Shown here one piece after another: positions 1 through 8,968 of a stretch of 29,664 nucleotides of DNA. A model generated the notes under the pieces. It searched no databases. It was not told where the DNA came from and was given only the letters and a program-made list of their open reading frames with translations. A program made the position numbers and the translations under genes. Location: positions 1 to 29,664 of IMG/VR virus record IMGVR_UViG_3300011339_000132. One strand, 5' to 3'. The DNA is from a virus (lineage: Duplodnaviria > Caudoviricetes). Within the stretch, counting starts at the first letter, position 1. Every line of letters begins with the position of its first letter.

Positions 1-30
1 ACTGGCCAACCCGAGCAGGATGTTAACTAA
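1..30 (+). CDS. 3' end of an upstream ORF (TGQPEQDVN*), probably genome A's native HNH C-terminus
   Basis: Open frame 1-30 ends in TAA overlapping the terL ATG (TAATG). Same position as the HNH/terL overlap at 15436-15439. Confidence 0.55.
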   Translation, partial: TGQPEQDVN

Positions 31-1448
31 TGGCAACCAAACCTAGCCAGCCCTTACGAGGGGCGGTGAAACCACGGCTAGAAAACAAACCGCTGAAAGG
101 CCCAAGCCGCGGCGATGAGGTTGCGCAGCTAGCAGAGGATATTGGCCTGCCGCTTTTACCCTGGCAGCGCTATGTAATGCAAGATATGTTAACGATAGAT
201 AAAAATAAAATGTTTATACGTAAGACCAACTTGCTTTTGACCTCACGCCAACAGGGCAAAAGTCACCTGGCGCGTATGCGTATCCTGGCGGGCTTATTTT
301 TGTTTAACGAGCGTAACCACGTAGTAATAAGCTCAGCTAGGTCAATGGCATTAACCACTTTTAGAGAGGTGGCACAAGCTATAGAGGATGCACCGCAACT
401 AAAAAAAGAGCTAAAAAGCATACGGTATGCAAACGGTAATGAGGCCATAGTCTTAAAATCAGGTGCGCGCTTAGATGTGAGAGCTGCTACCCGCGATAGT
501 GCGCGCGGTGCCACGGCAGATTTTTTATTTATAGATGAGCTACGCGAAGTTGACCAAGTTGCCTTTGCAGCTGCTATGCCAGTAACGCGCGCACGGCCAA
601 ACGCCCAAACCCTACTGGCTAGTAATGCCGGCGATGCTTTTAGCGTAACGTTAAACGAGTTACGCGAGCGATGCCTTGCACACCCGCCGGAATCGTTAGG
701 GTATTACGAGTACAGCGCCCCACAGTTTGCACCTTTAGATGACCGTAAAGCTTGGGCGCAAGCTAATCCAGCTTTAGGCATACTTGTAACTGAGGCCTCA
801 ATTCAAGAAGCGCTAACGACACAAACCACAGAGCAATTTAGAACAGAGACGTTATGCCAATGGATAGATAGCTTGCAAAGCCCCTGGCCTCACGGCAGCG
901 TTGAGGATGCTAGCGACATCAACCTAAAAATGGCCCCTGGGCCGCTTACTATTTTTGCTTTTGATGTTAGCCCGTCTAGGCGCGATGCCAGCCTTGTTAT
1001 GGGTCAGATTTTACCGGACGGGCGCATAGGCGTAGCGGTGTTGGAAACCTACAGCTCACAGGTTGCCGTAGATGAGCTAGTAATAGCTGCAAGTATTAAA
1101 AAATGGGCTGACCTGTATTACCCACGTTTGGTTTGTTATGACAAGTACACTACGCAAAGTATTGCTCAACGTTTGCAAAATGCCGGCGTACAAACCCGCG
1201 ATGTATCGGGGCAGAGCTTTTATACAGCTTGCTCAGACTTTCACGATGCTTTAGTTAATGACCGGCTACGCCATAGCGGCCAGGATTTACTTATTCAACA
1301 AATGGCCAACTGCGCGGCCAAAATTACACCGGATGCCTGGCGTATTGTGCGCCGTAAATCAGCTGGCCCGGTAGATATACCTATAGGCCTAGCTATGGTT
1401 GTACATATTTTGGCGCAGCCAATATCTGAGGCTAAAGTTTATGTTTAG
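30..1448 (+). CDS. terL: Terminase large subunit
   Basis: Walker A SRQQGKS, Walker B FLFIDE, LLPWQ adenine-binding motif, C-terminal nuclease Asp residues (FDVS, VDIP). Confidence 0.95.
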   Translation: MATKPSQPLRGAVKPRLENKPLKGPSRGDEVAQLAEDIGLPLLPWQRYVMQDMLTIDKNKMFIRKTNLLLTSRQQGKSHLARMRILAGLFLFNERNHVVISSARSMALTTFREVAQAIEDAPQLKKELKSIRYANGNEAIVLKSGARLDVRAATRDSARGATADFLFIDELREVDQVAFAAAMPVTRARPNAQTLLASNAGDAFSVTLNELRERCLAHPPESLGYYEYSAPQFAPLDDRKAWAQANPALGILVTEASIQEALTTQTTEQFRTETLCQWIDSLQSPWPHGSVEDASDINLKMAPGPLTIFAFDVSPSRRDASLVMGQILPDGRIGVAVLETYSSQVAVDELVIAASIKKWADLYYPRLVCYDKYTTQSIAQRLQNAGVQTRDVSGQSFYTACSDFHDALVNDRLRHSGQDLLIQQMANCAAKITPDAWRIVRRKSAGPVDIPIGLAMVVHILAQPISEAKVYV

Positions 1449-1503
1449 ACACGCCGAAAGGCTTTTAACAACACAAAACTACAATTTAGGACATTATTAG
1501 GGT
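1448..1503 (+). promoter_or_regulatory. Putative portal promoter with GACACGCC box, probably leaderless transcript
   Basis: GACACGCC at 1448-1455; -10-like TACAAT 1480-1485 or CATTAT 1492-1497; no strong SD before ATG 1504. Similar layout in B at 16881-16933. Confidence 0.5.
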
Positions 1504-2667
1504 ATGGGATTACTGCAAACTCTAGGCATATCTAAAAAAGATGTCACCGCGCAGCTAGCCCCTGCCATTATGTCGCAAGGTTATGGTGCAGGCGTTTATA
1601 GTTTTGGTGGGCTTTATGGTTCAGGCACCGGCGCACCGTTTATGGATAGATTTACAGCGTTACAAGTACCAGCTGTTGCACGGTGCCGTAATTTAATTGC
1701 AGGCGTAATCTCTAGTATAGATTTAGAGTTATACAAAAAATCTACAGGCGTAAAAATGGAATCGCCTTTATGGTTAGACCAACCGGATTTACGCCAGCCA
1801 CGTAGCGTTACTATTGCTTATACAGTTGATTCATTATTATTTTATGGCGTTGCATATTGGCGCGTTACAAGTTTGTACGCCGATGACGGGCGCCCTAGTG
1901 GCTTTGAGTGGGTAGCTAATACTCGCGTAACAGTTACAACTAATCAAACTGGCGATGAGGTTCAATACTACAGCGTTAACGGTGTACGTGCCCCTATGTC
2001 GGGTATTGGCAGCCTTGTTACTTTTCAATCTTTGTTACCTGGCGTGTTAGAAACTGGCGCACGTACAATACAAAGCGCTTTAGATATTCAAAAAGCCGCA
2101 AGTGTTGCAGCTGCTACACCAATGGCTACAACAGTTATTAAAAATAGCGGTGCAGATTTACCTGAGGCACAAGTAAGCGGCATTTTGGCATCTTGGAAAG
2201 CCGCTAGAGCTAGCAGGTCAACGGCCTACCTCACTAGCACTTTAGACGTGCAAAATATTGGCTTTAGCCCTAAAGATATGACCTATAACGAGAGCAGCCA
2301 ATATTTAGCAACTGAAATTAGCCGTTTAATGAACGTACCTGCATATTACATAAGTGCAGATATGAATAACTCAATGACGTATCAAAATATTTTGGACGGG
2401 CGCAAAGAGTTTGTAGCTTATTCTTTGCAGCCGTTTATTAGCGCTATTGAAAACCGTTTATCTATGGATGATATTACGGCGCACGGTAACGTAGTGCGCT
2501 TTGCACTAGATGAAACTTTCTTACGTGCCGATACAGCTGCACGTTTAGATGCAATAGAAAAAATGCTAAATCTTGGTTTAATAGATTTAGAGCAAGCGCA
2601 AAGTATGGAGCAACTTAGCCCTAGTGGCCTTAATGAAGGGAACGCAGTCCGTGATATTAACCTTTAG
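1504..2667 (+). CDS. HK97-type portal protein
   Basis: Follows terL, 387 aa, motifs VPAVARCRNLIAG, LLFYGVAY, EISRLMNVP, LQPFISAIE. Confidence 0.93.
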   Translation: MGLLQTLGISKKDVTAQLAPAIMSQGYGAGVYSFGGLYGSGTGAPFMDRFTALQVPAVARCRNLIAGVISSIDLELYKKSTGVKMESPLWLDQPDLRQPRSVTIAYTVDSLLFYGVAYWRVTSLYADDGRPSGFEWVANTRVTVTTNQTGDEVQYYSVNGVRAPMSGIGSLVTFQSLLPGVLETGARTIQSALDIQKAASVAAATPMATTVIKNSGADLPEAQVSGILASWKAARASRSTAYLTSTLDVQNIGFSPKDMTYNESSQYLATEISRLMNVPAYYISADMNNSMTYQNILDGRKEFVAYSLQPFISAIENRLSMDDITAHGNVVRFALDETFLRADTAARLDAIEKMLNLGLIDLEQAQSMEQLSPSGLNEGNAVRDINL

Positions 2668-4291
2668 TGGCAATATTGAAGCTGTAGATAGCGGCGAGCG
2701 CCGCACTATCTCAGGCAAAATTGCACCGTATAATGAAATTGGTTATACAAGCGCTGGCAAAGTAGTTTTTGCTGAGGGTTCAATTAGCGCACCTGAGCCA
2801 AGTAAAATAAAGCTTTTAATGTCGCACGATAATTCTAAGCCAGTTGGCCGTATGCAGAGTATTACCTCAGCTAAAGACGGTTTATATGCCAGTTTTAAAG
2901 TAAGTGCCTCATCACGGGGCGCAGATGCAATTTTGCTAGCCCAGGAACAACTTATGGACGGCTTATCCGTTGGTGTTGAAGTTACCGCATCAAAGCCTGA
3001 AAAAGATTATCTCCTGGTCACCGCTGCTACCTTACGCGAGGTTAGCCTTGTAGAAAGCCCCGCTTTTGCTGGGGCAGCGGTGCAAAAAATTGCTGCGGCT
3101 GAGGGCGATATGCCAGTAGATGCAGCTGCATCAACAAGTACAAAGATTACGACTACTAACACCGTAATAAATACAACAACAACCGAAACCGAAACCGAAA
3201 CCGAAAGCGAGGCCGCTGTGACTACAGCCCCCGAAGAATCCGCACCTGAGGCAACCGAAGCCGCAGAGCAGGCTGCACCTACAGTAGAGGCAGCTCGTAA
3301 AATCATCCTACCAAGCGCGCTAAACTCACAGCGCGTACGTACACCAATTACATCTATGGCGACATACACAGAGCATAAAATCAAAGCCGCACTAGGTAAT
3401 GATGAGTCAAAGCTCTATGTAACAGCTGCCGATGATTCTTTTACAACGAATCCTGCATTTAATCCAACACAGTACCTATCTGAGTTTGTATCTAATACTA
3501 ACTTTGATACTCCTACAATTAACGCGCTATCACAGGGAGTTTTGCCTAATTCCGGTATGACTATTAGCGTGCCTTCACTTGTTACCTCAGCTGGTGGCCA
3601 GGCTGGTACTGCACCTGTTGTAACTGTTGAGGCCGAAGCTGGCGCCGTACAAAATACAGGTATGGTTACAGAATACCTATCAGGTACAGTAAAGAAGTAC
3701 TCAGGTATGAACACACTTAGCGTTGAATTGCTAGAGCGCTCAGACCCTAATTTCTATGCTGAGTTGACTAACCAACTACAGCGCGCATATTCACTAGCTA
3801 CCGATGCAGCTGTAATTGCTGACATTGTGGCAGGTGGCGTACAAGGTACAGCTGTAGCAGCTACATCAGCTGGCATTATCAGCTATGTATCAACAGAGTC
3901 AGCTAACGTGTACAAAAACACAAGCTATTTTGCACGTAACTATATTGCTGGCCCTTCACAATGGAGCTTGCTAATGGGTGCAACTGACTCAACAGGCCGA
4001 CCAATTTACAACGCAGCTCAGCCAATGAACGCAGGCGGGCTATCTACACCTACAAGCATCCGCGGTAACGTGTTAGGGCTAGACCTATATGTTGACCATC
4101 AAATGGTTGCAACAACTATTGACGATTCAGCGTTTATTGTGGCACCTGAGGCTATGACTGTTTACCGCAGCCCACAGGCTTATATGTCAGTTAACGTTGT
4201 ATCTAACCTACAAATCCAGGTAGCAATTTATGGATTTATGGCCACTATTGTGAAGATGCCTAAGGGCCTCGTCCGATACAACCTCACCTGA
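2651..4291 (+). CDS. Prohead protease - major capsid protein fusion
   Basis: N-terminal HK97 protease motifs (LLMSHD, GLSVG, LREVSLV), T/E/A-rich linker, HK97-fold capsid C-terminus (DSTGRPIY). Start moved to GTG 2651 by SD GAAGGG and alignment with B. Confidence 0.9.
   Translation: MILTFSGNIEAVDSGERRTISGKIAPYNEIGYTSAGKVVFAEGSISAPEPSKIKLLMSHDNSKPVGRMQSITSAKDGLYASFKVSASSRGADAILLAQEQLMDGLSVGVEVTASKPEKDYLLVTAATLREVSLVESPAFAGAAVQKIAAAEGDMPVDAAASTSTKITTTNTVINTTTTETETETESEAAVTTAPEESAPEATEAAEQAAPTVEAARKIILPSALNSQRVRTPITSMATYTEHKIKAALGNDESKLYVTAADDSFTTNPAFNPTQYLSEFVSNTNFDTPTINALSQGVLPNSGMTISVPSLVTSAGGQAGTAPVVTVEAEAGAVQNTGMVTEYLSGTVKKYSGMNTLSVELLERSDPNFYAELTNQLQRAYSLATDAAVIADIVAGGVQGTAVAATSAGIISYVSTESANVYKNTSYFARNYIAGPSQWSLLMGATDSTGRPIYNAAQPMNAGGLSTPTSIRGNVLGLDLYVDHQMVATTIDDSAFIVAPEAMTVYRSPQAYMSVNVVSNLQIQVAIYGFMATIVKMPKGLVRYNLT
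3182..3205 (+). repeat. (ACCGAA)x4 coding tandem repeat (TE repeats in the protease-capsid linker)
   Basis: Directly visible. Confidence 0.85.
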
Positions 4292-4307
4292 GAATAACCC
4301 ACTAATA

Positions 4308-4345
4308 GTTTGGTAGGCCTCTTAGCCCTTTGAGGCTTACCAAAC
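4308..4345 (+). terminator. Post-capsid hairpin (terminator/attenuator-like) with loop containing TAGCCCT
   Basis: GTTTGGTAGGCCTC / GAGGCTTACCAAAC 14-bp stem with one G-U pair; no U-tract, so termination is uncertain. Confidence 0.6.
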
Positions 4346-4368
4346 CTAAGTAAGTAAGGAGTACAAAA

Positions 4369-5022
4369 ATGCCAGCCACATACGTAACCGCTGCTACCTT
4401 AAAAGCTAGTTTAGGCGTTGGCACTTTGTACGATTCTTATACTTGGATAGAGGATACGTGCCAAGCCGCACAAGATTTAATAAACGGCTTTTTGTGGTTT
4501 GATAATGCGCCCGTAGTAGGTACTGCGTTAGTAAATAATGTTGCTACGGTAATGGTGGCTAACCCAGGCATCTTTACTACAGGCCAATCCGTTACAGTTG
4601 CCGGGGCAGGTTCAACTTTTAACGGCACTTATACAATTACAGGCACTATCCCCTTTTCTACAGGCACCGCTAATATTTTGCCAGCGTTTAATATGCAGCT
4701 TAACTATTGGCAATTCCCACAGGGCTATAGTTTTATCCAATATGCAAAAACTGCAGCTGACCAAAACTTTAGGCGCGTATTGCCTTATGGCACTATGACA
4801 GGTGACGATACAAAAACCGCTACTTATGCCAATACGCCAGCTATAAACGCCGCGGCTTTGATGTTAGCTGAGAATATATGGACATCTCGCTTTAGCACTC
4901 AAAACGGCGGTACTAGTGTGGACGGCTACAGCCCTAGCCCGTTTAAAATGTCAAATACACTTATGGCATCTATACGCGGTTTGCTAGCGCCATACCTTAG
5001 CCCTAATTCAATGGTGGGCTAA
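4369..5022 (+). CDS. Head-tail adaptor (gp6/gp15-like) with inserted beta-rich domain
   Basis: Position after capsid; YVTAATLKASLG start, INAAALMLA and IRGLLAPY C-terminal motifs; SD AAGGAG. Confidence 0.75.
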   Translation: MPATYVTAATLKASLGVGTLYDSYTWIEDTCQAAQDLINGFLWFDNAPVVGTALVNNVATVMVANPGIFTTGQSVTVAGAGSTFNGTYTITGTIPFSTGTANILPAFNMQLNYWQFPQGYSFIQYAKTAADQNFRRVLPYGTMTGDDTKTATYANTPAINAAALMLAENIWTSRFSTQNGGTSVDGYSPSPFKMSNTLMASIRGLLAPYLSPNSMVG

Positions 5023-5415
5023 ATGACAGCAGCTATAACTACCTTACGTAGCACTATTGCCGCTGCCCTGGCTAACCCTGGCGTGTGGACAGTATTTAAC
5101 TACCCGCCAGCTACTATGCAAAGTAGCGCCATAGTGGTAGCCCCGGCTGACCCATACATCACGCCTAGCAATAATTCACAGGCCACTATTTCGCCTATGG
5201 CTAATTTTAAAATTATTATGACCGTACCAATGTTTGATAATGCCTCTAACCTTATTGGCATAGAGGATACGATAGTAGCCGTATTTAATAAATTGGCATC
5301 TAGCGCTATCGTCTTTAACGTTACCGGCGTAAGCGCCCCTAGCGTTTTGAGCGTTGCCGCAGGTGACTATCTAACGGCAGATTTACAAATAAGCATACTA
5401 ACGAGCTGGAGCTAA
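5023..5415 (+). CDS. Tail terminator / tail completion-like protein
   Basis: 130 aa, lies before the tail tube gene, homologous to 20241-20633. Confidence 0.6.
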   Translation: MTAAITTLRSTIAAALANPGVWTVFNYPPATMQSSAIVVAPADPYITPSNNSQATISPMANFKIIMTVPMFDNASNLIGIEDTIVAVFNKLASSAIVFNVTGVSAPSVLSVAAGDYLTADLQISILTSWS

Positions 5416-5418
5416 CTA

Positions 5419-5532
5419 ATGGCACTTACAGATGAAGAAAAAGCATTTTTAATCAAAATTGGCCAAGACCTGCCAAAAGAGATTAAAGAAACCCAACCAA
5501 AAGACACAACAACACAGAAAGTAGAGGAATAG
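5419..5532 (+). CDS. 37-aa micro-protein (MALTDEEKAFLIKIGQ...)
   Basis: Fills the gap exactly; FLxKIGQ motif conserved in B at 20635-20736. Confidence 0.75.
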   Translation: MALTDEEKAFLIKIGQDLPKEIKETQPKDTTTQKVEE

Positions 5533-5537
5533 CCCAA

Positions 5538-5954
5538 ATGGCAATTTTCTTATCAAACGGCGTAGTGGCTACTCTTAACTCAGTAGTCCTATCTGACCAC
5601 GTTACAAGTGCCAGCATTTCACGCGCTTTTGACGAGCTAGAAGTAACGGCTATGGGCGACACAGCTCACAAGTTTGTTAAAGGCCTAGAAGCTAGCACCA
5701 TTACTTTAGATTTTCTAAACGATGATGCAGCATCCGGGGCAGGTTCAGTACGTGCAACTTTGCAAGCTGCCTGGGGTACAACCGTGCCACTAACACTAAA
5801 GCAAACAAGCGCTGCTACATCTGCAACTAATCCGCTATACAGCACTACTGTTTTGGTAAATAACACCACAGACATTAACGGCGCTGTAGCTGACGAGTCA
5901 ACACAAAGCATTACATTTACTTGTAACTCACCAATCGTAATTACAACAAGCTGA
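5538..5954 (+). CDS. Major tail (tube) protein
   Basis: 138 aa, DELEVTAMGD..FVKGL motif, upstream of chaperones, highly conserved in B. Confidence 0.8.
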   Translation: MAIFLSNGVVATLNSVVLSDHVTSASISRAFDELEVTAMGDTAHKFVKGLEASTITLDFLNDDAASGAGSVRATLQAAWGTTVPLTLKQTSAATSATNPLYSTTVLVNNTTDINGAVADESTQSITFTCNSPIVITTS

Positions 5955-5978
5955 GAATAAAGAAAAGGGGCTAACACA

Positions 5979-6236
5979 ATGGCAAAACTCAAAATAACAA
6001 GGGCTGACGGTACGGTATCTGAGCATCAGATAACGCCAAAAATCGAGTGGGCCTTTGAGTTATATGCAAAAAAAGGTTTTCACAAAGCCTTTAGAGATGA
6101 TGAAAAGCAAAGCGATGTTTACTGGCTGGCACACGAGTGCCTTAGGTCAGCCGGCGTTGAAGTGCCTGTTTTTGGAGCGTTATTTTTAGATACCTTAGCT
6201 AAGGTTGAGGTGTTGGATGATGACCCTTCGCAATAG
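5979..6236 (+). CDS. Tail assembly chaperone (G-like)
   Basis: Position after tail tube; ends at a CCCTT slippery site followed by an overlapping -1 ORF. Confidence 0.75.
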   Translation: MAKLKITRADGTVSEHQITPKIEWAFELYAKKGFHKAFRDDEKQSDVYWLAHECLRSAGVEVPVFGALFLDTLAKVEVLDDDPSQ

Positions 6237-6424
6237 TGGGGCGCGGTAGTTTTGGTTACCTGGTAGCCCAGCTAGCCGTAGAAACGGGAATCGCGCCCCA
6301 GTACTTGCTAGACCTAGACATAGAGATGTTTAAAAATATGTTAAAGGTCATACACGATAGAAATAAGGAGATGCAAAATGCCAACAGAGCTAGAAGGGGC
6401 CGTACAGCTCCGCGTAGCACTTAA
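6224..6424 (+). CDS. Tail assembly chaperone -1 frame extension (T-like)
   Basis: The -1 frame opens at CCC 6224; LAVETGIAPQYLLDLD is homologous to LSIRLGIAPQQLLELD in B. Confidence 0.7.
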   Translation, partial: PFAIVGRGSFGYLVAQLAVETGIAPQYLLDLDIEMFKNMLKVIHDRNKEMQNANRARRGRTAPRST

Positions 6425-7088
6425 ACGTTTTGCACCTGACTTATCTAAAGAAACCCAAACACAAATGGCGGCAGCTTTAAAAACTGTTACTACAGTAGCT
6501 AGAGGATATGTGCCTAATGACGGCGCAGTATTATCGGGCTGGACTAAAAACCTATCGGGAGCAGATAACTTTGTTTATCGGCCCTTCCCTAAATTTAATG
6601 CCGTACAAGCTAAAGCGGGTATTACTTATTCAACCTCACCGTCTCAGCCTAATAAAAACGGCTTTGTGGCCTTAGCTCGTATCCTAAATAAGTCTGCAGC
6701 TGGAGCTATTTACGAAACTGCAGGGCGTAAAAATGCACAAGGCCAACCTAACTATAAACCTGCTAGCGTTGTTTATCGTACGGGTAATAATGGCCCTGGA
6801 GATTTTCAGATTAACTATTATCAAGAAAAGGCCAGCGGCGAGCGTAAAGGCTATAACAACTCACTTAACCCCAATGCTGGCAAGCAATTTATAGATAACC
6901 TAAATAGTACCGGCCAACTGGTCAATGCCCGCCCTAAGGGTTTAGTAGGTAGCCCAGGGCGCAAGTTAACTGGCCGTTTAATTTTTAGAGCTTGGGCCGA
7001 AGATAATGGGCGGGCTAATGCTGCAGTTATTAAAGCTATAGAAAATGCCTCAAAAATGTTTTATGAGCATACGAGAAGGGCCGCCTAA
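6378..7088 (+). CDS. Virion morphogenesis protein, possibly HK97 gp10-like
   Basis: SD AAGGAG; basic protein with LEGAVQLRVAL start and AGAIYETAGR, IFRAW motifs conserved in B. Family is inferred. Confidence 0.55.
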   Translation: MPTELEGAVQLRVALKRFAPDLSKETQTQMAAALKTVTTVARGYVPNDGAVLSGWTKNLSGADNFVYRPFPKFNAVQAKAGITYSTSPSQPNKNGFVALARILNKSAAGAIYETAGRKNAQGQPNYKPASVVYRTGNNGPGDFQINYYQEKASGERKGYNNSLNPNAGKQFIDNLNSTGQLVNARPKGLVGSPGRKLTGRLIFRAWAEDNGRANAAVIKAIENASKMFYEHTRRAA

Positions 7089-8968
7089 TGGCTACCGATT
7101 TAGTTGTAAATATAGCCAGTCAATTTTTAGGTAAAAAAGCTTTTCTTGATGCTGACAAAGCTACTAAAAAACTTACAGGTAGTGTTAAAACCTTAGGCCG
7201 TACTTTAGGCGTAAGCCTGAGCGCTGCGGCTGTTTTAGCCTATGGCAAAGCATCCGTAAAGGCAGCTAGTGAGGATATTAAAGCTCAAAAGCTATTGGCT
7301 AATAGTCTTAAAAACGTTGGCTTAGCTTATGCAACTGTTGATGTAGAGGGCTTTATATCTCAGATGCAAAGCCAAACCGGTATATTAGATGACCAACTAC
7401 GCCCGGCTTTTGCTAAATTGGCTGGGGTTACGGGCTCTGTAGCCAAAACTGAAAAACTCTTAGCTTTAGCTTTTGATGTATCAAGCGGCAGCGGATTAGA
7501 TTACGCCTCAACTGTTGACTTATTAAGCCAGGCTTATTTAGGCAATACAAAAGGATTAAAACAACTTAATTTAGGACTTACACAGGCCGAGATTAAGGCT
7601 ATGTCGTTTGACGATGTTATGGCATTACTTAATGAGCGCTTTGCTGGCTCAGGTAAGGTGGCCCTTGATACATACGTAGGGCAGATGTCTTTACTGTCAG
7701 CCTCTGCATCTAATGCTACAGAGATTATTGGCGTAAGCTTATTGGGCGCTATTGACTCATTAACGGGTAGTGACGGCATAGCTAACGTAGGTACAGACAT
7801 AGAAAATGCAGCTAGGTCACTAGCTAATTTTATAGATAGTATAGTTTATCTTAAAGAGCAAATAGCAACTATCCCAGGAGCAGGCATAGTTAAAAGCGCT
7901 TTTGGTTTAATTGGCAACGTATTGGGCCGCTTTAGCCCACAGCGCGCCGCTGAGTTGCTTAAAGAGATTAAAGGCCCACAGCCTTTTAAACAGCCAATGA
8001 CTTTAGCCAATCAAGATACAGGCCGGGCCGCAGCTGCAGCTGCTAAAAAGGCAGAGCTAGATGCTATTAAACGTAATAAAGAGCTTGCAAAATTGGCTGC
8101 GGCTCAGGCTAAAAGCGCAGCGGCTGCCCTGAAATCTAAGAAAGAGCAAGCGGCTTTAGATAAGGCAACAGCCGCCGGGCAATTAGCTTTAAGCAAAGGT
8201 ACAGAAGTTTTTGATATGGAGAAAATCCAACTCAATGCAGCCCTTATTGGCCAGGCTGAGGCGTTGGGTAAAGCAACAACTGGGGCACAAGTACTAGCTA
8301 TTGCTAATGATGTACAACGCTTGAAGATTAAACAAGATATTTTAGAATTAGAGGATGCAATAGCCTCTAAAGATGTTGCTCGTATTGTGACTGCTACTAA
8401 ACAACTCAATGAAGATTTAAAAATCTTGGCTACCCTACAAGGTCAAAACTTTACTTTGTTAAGTATTAAAACAATTTTAGATAGTATCAAACCAATAAAC
8501 TTAATAAATCTATCTAATCTAGATGAAGCTTTACTTAAAATATTAGAAATGTTAAAAACTTTAGGGGTACAAAAAGGAGACCCAATATATCAGGACTGGC
8601 CTTTGAAAAAAGTTTATGAACCGCCAGTTAGAATAGTACCTAAAATAAACCCTTTAACGGGTAATGAGTCAATCGCAGCTATTTTAGAATACTCAGATGC
8701 CGTTACAACTTTAGCTACTGTTATGGCAGATACTTTAGATGCACAGAATTACGCAGACTTTTTATCGTTAATAGAGTTCCAAAGAAAATTGGGCGATTTT
8801 GGCGGCTACAGTAGCAATATGAACGTGGGCCGTGGCTATGGCTATAGCGGTACACCAGTAGTAATTGAGGTTATAGACAAGACAAGCGGGCTTATTGAGG
8901 TAGTCCAAAACGCCGTACAAGAAAATAACAGGTTTGGCAATAACCTTAACTTTGCTGGGGCATTATGA
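7088..8968 (+). CDS. Tape measure protein (short, 626 aa)
   Basis: Longest tail gene, Ala/Leu/Lys-rich helical sequence, precedes tail tip genes. Confidence 0.85.
   Translation: MATDLVVNIASQFLGKKAFLDADKATKKLTGSVKTLGRTLGVSLSAAAVLAYGKASVKAASEDIKAQKLLANSLKNVGLAYATVDVEGFISQMQSQTGILDDQLRPAFAKLAGVTGSVAKTEKLLALAFDVSSGSGLDYASTVDLLSQAYLGNTKGLKQLNLGLTQAEIKAMSFDDVMALLNERFAGSGKVALDTYVGQMSLLSASASNATEIIGVSLLGAIDSLTGSDGIANVGTDIENAARSLANFIDSIVYLKEQIATIPGAGIVKSAFGLIGNVLGRFSPQRAAELLKEIKGPQPFKQPMTLANQDTGRAAAAAAKKAELDAIKRNKELAKLAAAQAKSAAAALKSKKEQAALDKATAAGQLALSKGTEVFDMEKIQLNAALIGQAEALGKATTGAQVLAIANDVQRLKIKQDILELEDAIASKDVARIVTATKQLNEDLKILATLQGQNFTLLSIKTILDSIKPINLINLSNLDEALLKILEMLKTLGVQKGDPIYQDWPLKKVYEPPVRIVPKINPLTGNESIAAILEYSDAVTTLATVMADTLDAQNYADFLSLIEFQRKLGDFGGYSSNMNVGRGYGYSGTPVVIEVIDKTSGLIEVVQNAVQENNRFGNNLNFAGAL

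Noticed and set aside
3182-3205. ACCGAA repeat as CRISPR or iteron array
   Set aside because: In-frame hexamer repeat encoding a TE linker with no spacers.
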